The notes under the pieces: model-generated
What the model saw: the letters and a program-made list of their open reading frames with translations, nothing else
What the model was told of the DNA's origin: nothing
The model's database searches: none
Made by a program: the position numbers and the translations under genes
In this document: positions 13,039 through 26,335 of the stretch, piece after piece
Layout of the letters: each line of letters opens with the position of its first letter
How positions within the stretch are numbered: the stretch's first letter is position 1
NCBI GenBank assembly: GCA_028534125.1
Contig: CM052817.1
Coordinates: 21,144,001 to 21,208,000 of the forward strand
Direction of reading: 5' to 3'
DNA: 64,000 bases
Origin: Lama glama
Taxonomy: Eukaryota

Positions 13039-13545
13039 TGTCAGGGTCCCAAGACCAACCTCAGTTCTGTAATTTGCTAGAAGACCTTACTAGTCTGAAT
13101 AAATCTGTTACACTCGTGTAACACAGGACACTGCTCAGAATCGGCAAAGTGAAAAGGTGCATGAGTTGAAGTCTAGAGAAACCAGGTGCAACCTTTCAGG
13201 TGTCCCCAGCCAATGGAGTAACCACGTATGCCCCTAATTCTCCCAGCAGAGGGTACAAGTGATAATGCATGTGAAGCGCTGCCATGTGACTGACTAACTT
13301 TTCAGACTCCAGCCACCCTTTATCCCAAAGCAAAACAGGCATTCACCTGTAGCTGGTCATGGATACATGTATCTGGTCAACCTAGGCGAGCATGGCCCAG
13401 TGCGTTGGATGTGTAAAAGTAATCTTATCAAGCAGATCCCAAGAGCTTTTCCCAAGCCAGCCAAGGGCTAGCTCTGAAGACAGGCCTTCCTTTAGAATAT
13501 GTGGGGTGGCAGCAATGCAAGTCTACCAAGTGGACCCTTACCTGC
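13039..13545. mobile_element. ERVL-class solo LTR (MER21/MER68/MER77-like)
   Basis: Starts TGTCAGGGTCCCAAGACCA...TTTGCTAGAAG; AAGTCTAGAGAAACCAGGTGCAA; ends AAGTGGACCCTTACCTGC. Confidence 0.6.
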
Positions 13546-14147
13546 CTTGATCAGTGTGCTTTTCTTCTAACAAAGTTGATGGGATGTTCCTGGTTTAGAA
13601 GCTAAACAGTGCCTCTGAAGCTGTGGAGCTTACCAACAATCTATTTTCTTTGTTTAAAGAAATGATCCATTTAATCTTAACTTAGAATTTCACTTTTGCT
13701 TTACACTTTCATTTTGCCATGATTACTTTTTTTTTTTTTTTTTTTGCTTGAGGGTGGTTTACTGCTTATTTTCGCTGAAAAGGATTCTTTAGCTTGCATT
13801 TCCTGGTCTCAGAGACCCATTCACGTGGTCCAGTGTTATAGGAGGTGCACTGAAGGACTACAACTGCCTGGCTTGAGCATTTAATCTTCAGATTAAAACA
13901 AGTAGAAAATACTTATGTCTTCAGAAATAAGCTGTTACTACAGGAACCAGAGATGGCTGAATTTGAGTAATTTAGACTTAAGGAGATTTGAATTTCCAAG
14001 CACATGAGTCCTACAGTTGTGTTAAGAAAGTGTTCTTATCTATTCATGAAACAAAGGATTTGCTTTTATTATTGCCTTATCCTGGATTAGATGATTAGCA
14101 CCAGGAAAAGTGACGTTTGAGAAAATGAAACACAAGTTGGACAATCA

Positions 14148-14237
14148 GATCTTGTATATATTTCCCTGTGCTGTACAGTATAATCTTGTTTATCTATTCT
14201 ACATATGCCTCCCAGTATCTACAAACTTTGAACTCCG
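14148..14237 (-). mobile_element. Short internal piece of a young camelid-type L1 3'UTR
   Basis: TATATTTCCCTGTGCTGTACAGTATAATCTTGTTTATCT is the reverse complement of the L1 tail at ~58715-58755. Confidence 0.75.
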
Positions 14238-14614
14238 AGATAATTGAAATTTTTAAAGCTAAATTGTAGGGGTAATATAAGGGAAGTTATATCAAAGTGG
14301 CACACACAAAGAAAAAGAACTGGAGAATATTGGAGCAGCAAGTGAATTCTAGCCACTGAAAAGAAGCATTAATGATGAAGTGCTAAGAACAGAAGACAGA
14401 TTTACCCAGAATTAATGTGCAGCCTGTCTCTAAATTCTGTGGTTATGTGGTAATTCAAGATTCTGAGTAAAATATTATGTCTGTGAATTTTGACTGAATA
14501 TGGAATAAATTTCTTGACTCAAATAAACATTCCAAAATGTAAAATATTTGTAGATGGATGTTCTATTCATTGAAATACCATAAATGCTACACATAAAAAA
14601 CCTTAACTACCCTC

Positions 14615-15168
14615 TGGGGTTTCCTATTACTGCTGTAAAAAATATCATAAAATTAGTGTCTTCTATAATACAAATTTATTATCTTAAATTCTGGAGGTCA
14701 GACCCTTATAACATATCTCTAGGCTAAAATCTAGGTGTGGGCAAGTGCAGGTCTCTGTTCCCTCTGGGGTCTAGGAAAAAATCCATTTCCTTGCCTGTTT
14801 CAGTTTCCTGAGGCTGCCTACATGCCTTGGCTCATCGCCCATCTTCTTCCTCTATTTTCAAAGCCAGCAATGTTGGGCCAAGTCCTGCACATGTGACAGT
14901 CCCTCTGGTTTTCCTCTTCCTCTCCCCCTTCTACTTTTAAGAATCATTGTGGTTGCACTGATCCCACTTGAATAATCCAAGACAATCTCTCAATTTTAAG
15001 GTCAGGTGATTAGCAGTATTAATTTCATCCACAACCTTAAGTCATTTCCTTCTTTGTCATACACAGAAGCTAGCACATTCACAGATTCCAAGGCTTAAAA
15101 ACATCTGAGCCTCTTTGGGGATGACTTTTTTATAGACATTTTTGGAGACTATAATTCTGCCTACTTCT
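14615..15168 (-). mobile_element. MaLR LTR (MLT1C/D-like)
   Basis: TTTCCTATTACTGCTGTAA...TTCTGGAGGTCAGA...ATAATCCAAGACAATCTC...ATTCTGCCTAC. Confidence 0.8.
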
Positions 15169-16404
15169 GGGTAATATTCACGTGCTACACGATTGTGTTT
15201 GAAATTTACCCAGAAATATTTTAAGAACTTAAAATACATTCTCTAGTGCTGAGATACAGTGAAAAGACATTTTAAATTCACAATGAGGCACATTATTTTT
15301 CAAGAAGTCAAGATTTTGAATTCCTCAGGAGAGTTTAATTGAGTGGAATCTAGACAAATATGATTGTTCCTTTTTCTGTACAATTATTACTACAGACATA
15401 GTGACTGAAATGAAAGATTGGCACCATTGTATTTGTAATTCTTTGATTTGTTAGTGTACAGTTGCCCTAAGATATTCACCTAAATGATGAAATCATGAAG
15501 GCAATCAAACTAATAATAGTCTTGAAAAAATAAAAATATCTGATCAACCTCCCTTTTGTTACTCTTTACTATTAACACTTCACTTCTACCTGTGTTTGTT
15601 AGTAATTCAAGAAGAAAAACTTTTACAAGGAAGGATGAGACAATTTCAAAAAACTTCTTTAACTCTATGCATTTATGAGTTCTGACAATTTGTCAACTCC
15701 ATTTATGCTGAAGGTACACAATGCTAATATTTGTCATGACATGTGCAGAAGAAAAGTGCTTAGTGCTACATTTCCCATATAATTTTAATATCATTTTTTC
15801 AAGAGGTAGAAATTTACAAGTTAAATATCTAGAATCATAATCTCAATCTTTTTAAAAGACATACTAATTTTGAAAAATTGGAAGCATCTAATTAATTATG
15901 TCCAATGGGGTTAGGGCAGAGGAAATATATTTAAATGTAAATGCAATCACAAATGTGTAGGAAATAGTGAAAATTTATTTTGAAAGTATTTCCGTAGCCA
16001 CTAGCAATTTTAAAGTTTAAAGTTTCTGTTCAGATTTGATTCAAATTCTTTCAAAAAATTGGAACCTTAATATTCAAAGATACATAAAATGAACTAATAA
16101 ATGCAAATGTAATTGTTGCTAATATGATTTAGATTTGACCAAATTAACAATATTAATTGGTCAGCAAGTAAATTGGTGATGGAAATAAATCAAATCTGAT
16201 TTTAATCAGAAAGTATGTTTTCTGGATGTTGGTGAACAAGTACTTTGAAAGGTAGATGCATTTAAACACAATGTATTGTAGGAAGTTTATTTATTTCCAG
16301 TTTAGTTATAGATTTGCATGTCTGTTTCCAAAAATAATACCCTCATCTGTGCGTGCAATATTTAATATAATTTCCATCAACTCTAAAACTCCTTCCTATA
16401 ATAC

Positions 16405-17012
16405 TCACTGGAGTACTTACAGAGTATATTCTTAAAATATTCAGTAAAGATAAAGATGTGCATATCCTATAACCCAGTAATAGGTTATATAATTATGTAA
16501 TCCCAGAGAAACCTGGAGGCTTGTAATAAAAAAAGTTACAAGTGTTAAAAAGTGAAGGAAGAGGGACTAACTCACACCAGTAGAATAGGTAGATATACTG
16601 TAGAATATTTATGCAGTAGAATAGTAGATGGGAATCAAAATAAAATAAACTATAGCTGTACATATCAACATAAACAAATATAACAAATTAGGAGTGAAGA
16701 AAGCAAGTTTGAAATAAAGATAACAGGGACTTAGATTATCAAAAGGCAAACAGTACATATTAATCAAGGATATATTAAAATAAATTCATTAGGGATGAAT
16801 TTAAATGTAGTAAAACATGAAGATATGTATGAAAATGCATGGGAATAAGGATAGTGGTTAGTTCCTAGGAGACAGGAGAATCTGTTCAGGAAAGGCACAC
16901 ACAAGACTTCAAATGTATTTGTAGTCTGCGAATTCTAATCTTGGGTATTGTCAATATGAGCTTTTTTTTTTCAATTCTTTTGATATATTTTGATTATATA
17001 AATTATTTCATA
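16405..17012 (+). mobile_element. L1ME-like 3'UTR
   Basis: CATATCCTATAACCCAGTAAT, CTGTAGAATATTTATGCAGTAGAATA, GGATAGTGGTTA. Confidence 0.65.
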
Positions 17013-17738
17013 AAACACCCTTCTATTCCACAAATATGTCTGCTAGTGTGTGCTTTTTGTGATGTCACCTGTCTGTGTGTGTATAACAAAACTCTGGAAA
17101 ATAGAGATATAACAGAGATATTCCTTTCCAAAGTATTTTGCCTCAAGCAGAATCTCCGAAGCGCCAGTCTTGAGACAGCTTGTAGAGTGATTTTCTTTAG
17201 AAATCAGGCCAACTTCCACCTCCATCTCCCTTAGACACTGAGGAGAGGATGTGGCCAGCAACACTTCCACAAAAACGAAAAAGATCTTGGGTGCTGGTTA
17301 TCCCTTAACAACTGGCAGTCCGCCCTCTTTGAGATGATTAGCCTCACAGCACACTAGACCCTCTTCCTAATTCCTCTGCAACCAAGTAATTTGGAAACAA
17401 AAAATTACCACTCAAAAATGTGATGCTGGAAATCACTGATCTAAAATATTCTTACCAGAAAGTTTGATTAAGTTTTTAGCAATTTTTTTTCCTAAAATAG
17501 CAGCTTCTGTTATCCCTCTTACTAGTTACATGGTCACTGTATTCCTCAATTCTTCGTGTCCCACTATTATTTTATGTTCATGTGAAAGATCATTTTTTTA
17601 ATGCAACAGATCTTTTTGTTTGCAAGCATGCTTGCAAAATATTGGTTGAGAAAATAAATAAGAACCTATGAAGAATAAGCTTGTCTACCTCAAGAGTGAT
17701 GTGGTCACTAGTTTCTATCTTAGGTGAGCTTCCAACAC

Positions 17739-18104
17739 TGTCTTCGTCTGTTCAGGCTCTTAAAACAAAATATCATAGACTGGGTATCTTATACACAACA
17801 GAAAATTATTTCTCACAGATCTGGAGGAAGGAAGTTCAAGATCAGGGTACCAATATGATTATGGTTTTGATAAAGGTACTTTGCTGGGTTGTAGACTGCC
17901 AGTAGATCACTGTTTCCTCACATGTGGAAGAGGCAAGAGAGTTCCGTGGGATCTCTTTTAAAAGAGCACTAACTTTCTTCCTTAGGGCTCCACCCTCATC
18001 ACCTAAGCACCTCCCAATAGGCCCACCTTCAAGTAGCAACATGTCGGGCATTAGGATTTCAACATTCAAATTTTGGGGGAAAACAAATATTCAAACCAGA
18101 GTAA
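17739..18104 (-). mobile_element. MaLR LTR (MLT1A/A0-like)
   Basis: TGTCTTCGTCTGTTCAGGCT...ATTTCTCACAGATCTGGAGG...TCAAGATCA...GGGGAAAACAAATATTCAAACCA. Confidence 0.85.
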
Positions 18105-19929
18105 CCTTCCTGTGAAAATACCAGGAGATAAATATCATTATCGAATCGTGCATCATTTTATATTTCTGAAATCATTAGCTCAGACTCGTTGTCAATACAT
18201 CAAATGTTGTCTTTTAATCATCATGCAGTTATATGAATTATATTTTCAATTTAGATTCCATCTTCAAAACTATGTAAGCAGGGTATACTAGACCCAAATG
18301 ATTAGGCTATTGCTATAAAAAATTTGAGCTCATAAAATACCTTATGCGGTTCACCGCTCTAAGACATGACTCTGCTAAGACAGAATAGATGCAGTAATAG
18401 TACACTGTGCTTTTTCTTGGTGTCATTACTCAAAGACACAAAGCAGTTTCCACTACTCCTGCCACTCCTACTATTAACAGTCTTTCATTTACGAGGGCTT
18501 TAAGGCAACAGTTCAATCAAGCAAAACAAATACTATCAAAGATTCATTTCACATTTTATTTGTGTTTGGCTATAAATATTTGAAAAAGGAGATGAAAATG
18601 TAGTATGGAAATAGTTATATTTTTTATATAAGGATATGTTCAGAAAAATGGGACCTTTTTCTCCTTGAATCAATCAAGTTATAACCAAGAATTAATTTAA
18701 AATTACTTTTCACTGTAGCATTGCTTTTCCAAGATAATTAAATTACGTACAATATCACAATGCTATGCTTTCCTAAATTTCACAGGTCAGATAGAAAGTT
18801 TAATAGAATGGCTACACAAGTCTGTCAATTGCATAGCTATCCAAAAGAAAAATCCAATTTCACATTCTAACTGCATTTGTTGAAAAACACAGTGATGATT
18901 TCTTAAAAACTCTTCCTGGGATGACTACAGGCACCCAAATTCTATTCTGAAAAGGCTATCGTACTTGTTCCTTGACATTTTCAAAGTTCATGCGATCCTG
19001 AGAAATGATTAAAGGTTATCTCTAGAGCATATTGCTGATGACAGTTTCCCTAGTTTGCAATAGTTCATAGGTAGCAAAGAATGCATTGTTTTAAGAATTT
19101 CTATTTTCTCTTTTACTCCATCCTTCAAGTCACAATTTCAACCACTCTTTGTTCCCACAGCTGGTACAAAGTTCTATAGACACTAGGATATTATTTCACC
19201 AATAGTGGTGTAAACACATAATTTGAGTCTTAAATTGTTTTATTTCTATTATTATCTTTGACTTTATTCCAGCTAAATGGTATAGTATTTCTTTATCACA
19301 AGTCAAGAGAAATAGACCCTGAGAATCATCTTAATCTATGATCAGTTGTTTTATCTGTATAAGGGCTCCATAAAATAAAACTAAAATAGTATCTCTCCAC
19401 TTGAGATGCTTACATTCCTAACATGTATTTTTATTCTAACCTAAATTTAGGTATGACTTATAAACTCATTTTAAAAATTCATATGATAAATGTAGTTAAA
19501 ACTTATTTACTATTTTAAATTGTGAATTAAGTAGCTATAACTATATATTTGTAATCATGAACAGAATTCCTAGAATTTTCTTCTTCAGCCTAAGGGGTAA
19601 AATAGTTCCCTCAGAGATCACCAATCAACAATTTGGTCAATATGCAACCATTAACTGACTATTGTCTAATCCACCCCAAGATCTCATGCTCTTCTTAATT
19701 AATAATTACTGTATGTTAATTCTCTCTTTCTCTGTCATACGTGAATTTGTAAGAGAAAGAGTCTCTCTCTATAGCCCATGAAAATACTGTGGCAGTATTT
19801 TATTACATAACAAATTCAACAGGACAGTTTTTCAACTACTTCACACTCAAGCTATCTGCTGATTATCTTCCCAGTCTTGCTCTCCTCTCTCTTATCCTTC
19901 ACTTTGTTCTAGGATGTATACTTTTCAAC

Positions 19930-20030
19930 TATCCCTCACTTGACAGATGACATGTCTTGAGACAGAGTGAAGTAAACTGTCTTTCCAATTTTGCACAGCC
20001 AACAAGTGGCAGGACCACTATGTATGAACC
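19930..20030 (-). mobile_element. MIR fragment
   Basis: CACTTGACAGATGA...TTGAGACAGAGTGAAGTAAACT...CACAGC...AAGTGGCAG core. Confidence 0.55.
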
Positions 20031-20092
20031 CCTGTGATGGATAACAGGCATGTGAAGTTGGACAAATGTGGTTTCTTCCATTAAAAAGTTTA

Positions 20093-20224
20093 CAAGCTTT
20101 TTCTTTTTTAATGGAAGTATAGTCGGTTTACAATGTTGTGTTTATTTCTGGTGTACAGCAGAGTAATTCACATACATATATATATTCCTTTTCATATTCT
20201 TTTTCATTATAGGCTATTACAAGG
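20093..20224 (-). mobile_element. 5'-truncated young L1 3' tail with 19-bp TSD
   Basis: GAAGTATAGTCGGTTTACAATGTTGTG...TGTACAGCA; flanks TCTTCCATTAAA(A/G)AGTTTA at 20074-20092 and 20225-20243. Confidence 0.85.
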
Positions 20225-20319
20225 TCTTCCATTAAAGAGTTTAATGTCTACCTTGTGATATTGGTGTGTATACATGAGCTGTACCACAGTAAGGTAAATT
20301 TGAGTGGAGGTTTGTAAAA

Positions 20320-20560
20320 CACAGTAACTAAGAGTAAAAGCCTTTGAGTACAATCTGGATGTGAAGCCCAGCTCTAACATGAAGTAACTGGTGACCTTTG
20401 AGTCACTTAACTATATTCAATTCATTTAACTGTACAGCGAGGTAATTATATTGATAACGCAAATGGATTACGGCAATTAATTGAGTTAAAGCAGATCAGT
20501 TATCCAATACAACTTCTCACATACAGGTAGCATTCAATAAAGAAAAATTGCTACTATAAA
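20320..20560 (+). mobile_element. MIR
   Basis: CCCAGCTCT...GTGACCTTTGAGTCACTTAAC...ATTAATTGAGTTAA...CACATACAGGTAGCATTCAATAA. Confidence 0.65.
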
Positions 20561-20719
20561 TTGTTGTGGGAATAGGACAATGACTATTCACAGGAGAGAA
20601 TATAAGCTCACTGCTGAAGTCAATTTAGTGACATGCAAAAGATACAGTACATTCAGTCTAGTCTATTATTTGTTTTCCAGTCATATGTTATTTATTTTTA
20701 AATTATTTTATTTTGCATT

Positions 20720-21274
20720 TGTAGGGGAGTATAATTTGCTATCACAAAATGTATCTCTTAGACATGCAGATTACTTCAAGTTGAAAACAATCGAGGCCCA
20801 AAAGACTGGGGAAGAACCTTTGACTTTCCCCTAACTGACTAAAAGAATTTAGACAGAGGGCCTGTTCTTGGAATAGGGTTATTACCATAGATATCTACAA
20901 AAAATATGGCCTCAGTGTGGTAAGGGAAATTTGGCAGGGCCTACAGATCAGACTCCCTCTGTGTCCCATTGTTTCTTTATAGCCCAGCAGACTTTCATTT
21001 ACCAAACATTTGCTTTTCCATGTAAATTGTCTACCTGCTCTTTGAAATCTCAAACCTCTATCCCCAAAATCCTCTTTTGCCTTTAGCCAAAGATAGTATT
21101 TAAGGTGTTGGCTTCAGCCATTCGGTGAGTTAATCAATGTTCTGGGTCTCTCCCATGCCTAGTTGTTATTGAACTTTTGTTTGATTTTTTCCTTCAATCT
21201 ACTTCATGTCAATGCAATTCTTACACCAGCCAGAAGTACCTAAAAGGGTAAAAAATTTTCTGTCCCCTTAAACA
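20720..21274 (+). mobile_element. ERV1-class solo LTR (MER34-like)
   Basis: TG...CA termini (TGTAGGGG...CCCCTTAAACA); 4-bp TSD CATT at 20716-20719 and 21275-21278; TATTTAA TATA-like box. Confidence 0.75.
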
Positions 21275-23024
21275 CATTCATGCACTGGTTGAACAATTGC
21301 ATTAGATAATTTGTAAAGTCCTCCTGAACTACTATGTTACATGAAATAAATAGAGGCTGATGGAAAGTCAAGTATTTGGGTCAAATTCACTACCTGTAGT
21401 CAGACTTTTGCAATATTTTGAACACTTTTTCCTTTTATTTACATAATTAGAGGCCTTAAAAACCACAAGTAGGGCTTCCTTTAAATTATGATTTTTAACA
21501 ATACTCTCTGAAAGCTTCCTAAAATTGGTCATAATTTATATCAGGATGATATTATCATTTATTGCTCCCAGAAAAAGAAAATTGTATCAAATTTTGAAAG
21601 TACTGAAAGGACTTAAATAGGGGCAGAGAATAAGAGGTTATAAGTGAGATTGTAGACCACTTTATACTCTCAAGCTACTATGATTTGAAACATAAATGAA
21701 GGCCAAGGTTGCCTACACTGTGCTAAGTATTGGAATAGACACCATGTCCTTCCAAATACTCTGCAAACCATTTTTAACACAAAGCCACAAGTGAGGTTTC
21801 ATCAACAGCAAAATAAAGTAGATCTTACTAAAGTATAGCAACTCAAACATGATTTTTAACAAGGACCAATTAAAGTGAAGAAGTACTTCTCCTACCCCTG
21901 TATATAAATGGTTAATGTACTGAAGTGTGATATTTAATTACCTCTTTTTATTTTACCCGTCATTATTTTAACTTTCATAGCTACACATGTTACACTGGCC
22001 ATAAAATTATATTGTCCATTTTAAGGTGCAGCTACAGTGTTTTTCAGGCTGATTTCCTGATGCAGAGTATTTTTGCCAGTGGTCACCACACCATGGGAAG
22101 CTTTTCCACCAATTGGTTCCAAATTTATAGCCCTTAAACTTTACCAGTGTCATGCCATTAAACAGGGGAGTCTACATTTCTGCAATCAGTTAGAAACCTT
22201 CTCTAAGTTTCAACCTCCTCCGTTCAATCACTCTACTTGCCAAGATGAAGATATTAACCCTAATTGCTAATGTCTCATTCTACAAAATATCTGGAACAGT
22301 ATACAAAACCCTACTGTATCAGATCCTTTCAAGAAAAGAAAATGTATCAATTTGTGGGGGAATACAAAAGAGGCCGATTTGCAGAAGAGTTCTAAGCCTT
22401 GTAAGTGCATCCATGGTGGGAATCATTAAAAAAAATTATTTTTAACATTTTCAATACATATTTGAAAGTTTTTCAATAAAAACAGATTGACAAAGAGATA
22501 TTATTTAGTTTTCTTAGGTTTAGTAGCACAAAAAAATCATGACCCACACATATTAAATGTACAGTATAAGTTGCTGAAAATATAGGAATTTTCTGGTCAC
22601 TTTGTAATTGTCTACAATATCTGTGTTTAGAAATACTATTTAATTTATTCTTTTTAAAATCAGAGATTCTTATTAATCATTGTTTACCATCATTCTGACA
22701 TCTTCCTGTCTCTCCTCATATATAAGAAGACAGAGACAAATTAGCCAAATTCTAACATTTCAGTATTTTATTGCTTCACACAAAGTTAAAAGAATAAGAA
22801 CATATTCTTTTTAAATTACATTTATGTATGTCAATGGTACTTTTCCAAATGTGAAACATATATATTTTATATGTTTACATATTTATTTTGAAGAAATGAA
22901 TTTATTAAAGTACAAACTCCAGAAAAATCTTTGCATATTCTAAACTTCTACCTAACTACAAGACACTAATCATGACATATTAATATAAATATTGAACAAT
23001 TTCTCTTATACTGATATGGCAATA

Positions 23025-23160
23025 GATTAGAGACAGGACATAATGGTATTTATTCACTCTTTTATCTTCAGGCATAGAACAATGCCTGGGAAGTGATCAA
23101 TAATATTCACTGTATAAAAATATAGACTTATAAATATTTATTCATTTATTTTCTTCAACA
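23025..23160 (+). mobile_element. LINE-2 3' end fragment
   Basis: GACAGGAC...TATTCACT...TAGAACAATGCCTGG...TCAATAATATT. Confidence 0.5.
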
Positions 23161-23279
23161 AAGCTTAACTTAGAACCTACACTTTGGTAAGCAGTAAACA
23201 AGATGTTAGTAATTTTGAAAGAAAAATTACTCTGCTCGCAATAAAATCCTAATCTAATGGAATATAAGCAATTAATATA

Positions 23280-23759
23280 TATTGGTCTTTCTTGACTTAT
23301 GGTGAGGCTATATCCCAATAAACTCATCAAAAGTTGAAAATATCTTAAGTTGAAAATGTAGTTACTACACCTCACCTGCAGCTTAACCTAGCCTACCTTA
23401 AACATGATCAGAATACTTCTATTAGCCTACATTTGGGCAAAATAATCAAATTAAAACCTATTTCATAACAAAGTGTTGACTAACTCATGCAGTTTATTGA
23501 ACACTGTACTAAAAGTGAAAAACAAAATGGCTGTCTGGGGACAGATGGTTGTTAACTATATTGGTTGTTTACCCTCGTGATGCATGGCTGACAGGGAGCT
23601 GAGGCTGCCGTATCTTTCCACGCATTGCTAGCCCTGGGAAAAGATCAAAATTCAAAATTCAAAATTCAAAACACAGTTTCTACTGAATACGTATGACTTT
23701 CACACCATTGTAAAGTGGACAAATTGTAAATGGACCCATTGTAAATTGGGAACCGTCTG
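23280..23759 (+). mobile_element. TcMar-Tigger element (MER47/Tigger5 family)
   Basis: GACTTATGGTGAGGCTATATCCCAATAAAC...CTAGCCTACCTTAAACATGATCAGAA...GTAAATTGGGAACCGTCTG; degenerate TIRs. Confidence 0.85.
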
Positions 23760-24079
23760 CAATAAAAATGCTATGTCATTATTGTCATAATCCTCAGATT
23801 CATTGATCAATTTCCTATCAATACTCTATTTGAAAACCCAAGTGGAGACCTCAGCTGCCAACTGGAACAGAATATTTCCAGGGTTTGATCACTGAAGAAC
23901 CATCAATTCATAAAGTACTTCTTACTTCTATTAGGCTTGAATGCTATACCAAAGGCAATGCAGTGACCATGTTCCCTATACCAAGCTTCTATTCTTATGA
24001 TTTTCATCTTTTCTCTTTTTTCTTTGCAAGTTTGTGTCTCTACTGACCCATTTCACTGGGCCTTAAAAACTCCTTAAAA

Positions 24080-24220
24080 TTTTTTTGTTGTTGTTTTTGT
24101 GTGGGGGAGAGGTAATTAGGTTTATTTATTTATTTATTTTCAGTGGCGTTACTGGGGATTGAACCTAGGACCTCATGTATGCTAAACACAGACTGAACCA
24201 CTGAACTCTACGCTCCCCCC
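24080..24220 (-). mobile_element. tRNA-derived SINE, Vic-1-like
   Basis: TACTGGGGATTGAACCTAGGACCTCATGTATGCTAA...CCACTGAACT; (TTTA)n tail; homologous to 8279-8407. Confidence 0.85.
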
Positions 24221-25204
24221 TCCACAACTCTCCTTTTGAAGAATCAAATTAAAAAAAAACCTCCACAGTACACCCGTTCCACCTTCTTCCTGAGTGAAAC
24301 CTAACTGCCTTTTCAGCAGGCCTCCTCTCTCTCCGTTTACTGAATTTGCGGTGCACAGCTTGACTGCAATTCTTGGCAGCTTGAGAGTAGCTTAGCCATC
24401 CTCCTATTGTATTTGTTTCATTACAGTTTTGACCAAAATCTGGCAAAAATCCTTTTTTTTATGATGCTAATGCCACCTGTTGCTTAATACAATGTTGAGA
24501 TAGTAGCTGAGTTTATATACTTCTCTTTTTTAACATAAGAACTCTCCCTTAATACATAAGAGGCAAATTAGAAAAGCAATTGCACTTAATAAGGGAAAAA
24601 ACTGAGTTAAATTTTTGTGTTTGTAGTTACAAAATAGGCTCTCAATACTCACAACAATAAAAATAATCCCCATGTCTTCTTTGGATTCCCTAGAGAATAA
24701 ATGGGGAAAGTAGTCTTAATAGGTTAATCTTTAAATAATGTAGCATACAGTTTTGCTGTAGATGTTTTGGGGGGCACGGAGCTACTTAAATGTTGGCTCA
24801 GATAATGAAAGCAGTGTCCACTATGCAGTTATGAGAAATTAAAAAAAATACATATATATATTAACTGGATTTTCTAGAGTTTTCTGACCTGTGGACACTG
24901 AAAACCATTCCTATGTATGGCAAACATGACTTGACCAGACACACTTGTTTCATTTCAATCCACACTTGTTTGACAGTCAGGAATGCTTAACGTGATGTGA
25001 AATAAAACCTTGCACTTTCTTGTGGACTTAGCATCTTGCCATGAAGAGGTGGATCCTCTGTCCAGGTTAGAAAAACCATTGAGAGACACTGGTGGAGTGG
25101 AGATTTCACAGGTAACCTGCTTGTTTCACATAACAGATTTTGCTTCAGTCGCCGGGAGAATCTTACTCTCTCCTCTTTGGATACTGGAGCAAACTGTGCA
25201 CTTG

Positions 25205-25870
25205 TCATTAATCCTTCATAATTCTACCCCAACATCTGTTTAATTTTCCAATAACTGCTGGCATAATCCTCTTAAATGCAGGTCTGATTACATTAATTCT
25301 CTATCAAAAGTCTTTAGAGTTGAAGACATTCTCCATCTCTTCATACAAAAAGAAATTTCCTCCCATTTGATAATTTTCTTCATTCTTATGTTTACCACTG
25401 ATAATACCATTATCTATTTCCCACATGCTAATATAGATACGTTTTATATTTTATTTCCTAAAATTTGTCATTCATGCCATTCCACTTCAGAATCATTGCA
25501 CAAATTGCTCCATTTACCTGAATATACATTGCAAGCATGCACACCCACACATATCCATCCACATGCATCCATCTGTGTATGCATGCATGGATACTAATAT
25601 TCTTACTTAGGACTTCAGTTTAAAAGATACCATCTTCAGAAGCAAATTTCATCCCTAGTGGAGAACGAGAGAGTCTTTGGTGTATTTCTGTTTTTACCAT
25701 CTTGCTCTTCTCAGTGTCATACTTTTGATCACACAATAATGGCATATTAACAACCCTTATTCCCTTATGCTCCATATAGCTTGAGAATAAGAACCGTACA
25801 ATGATGTCTCATCAGCACCTGTTCTAGTGCCCTGTCCATAGTAGATGATCAATATGATTTTTAATGAATG
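25205..25870 (+). mobile_element. LINE-2 degraded 3' portion
   Basis: Ends TAGTGCCCTGTCCATAGTAGATGATCAATATG...AATGAATG. Confidence 0.55.
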
Positions 25871-25914
25871 CCAAAGATAATCATGAGTTACATTTTTGTA
25901 ATGAGAATTGAGAT

Positions 25915-26335
25915 ACACAAAATAACCTTCCAGCTTAAAGCTGTCCACATCCTTATCCCTGGAACCTATGAAAATGTTACATTATGTGGAAAATGAGAAT
26001 TAAGGTTGCAGACTGAAGCAAGGTTGCTAATCAACTGATTTTACAATGAAGAAATTATTTAAGATTATTTGAATGGGTCTTAATCTGGGAAAAGAGAGGC
26101 AGGAGAGTCAGAAACAGAGCTGACCTTGTGAAAAAGACTCCAATGGCCATTGATGGCTTTGTAGTTGGAGGAAGGAGCCAGGAGCTGACGAATGATTTCC
26201 AGAAGATGTTGGTTATCCCCTGAGTCCAATTCTGACTGCTCCCTCCAGTATTGTAAGACAACAAATCTGTGTTGTTTAAAGCTTCTAAGTTTTGGTAATT
26301 TGCTGCAGAGACAATATGAAACTAATAGAATAACA
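25915..26335 (+). mobile_element. MaLR LTR (MLT1D/E-like)
   Basis: TGTCCACATCCTTATCCCTGGAACCTATGAAAATGTTAC...TGTGTTGTTTAAAGC...AAACTAATA. Confidence 0.8.
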
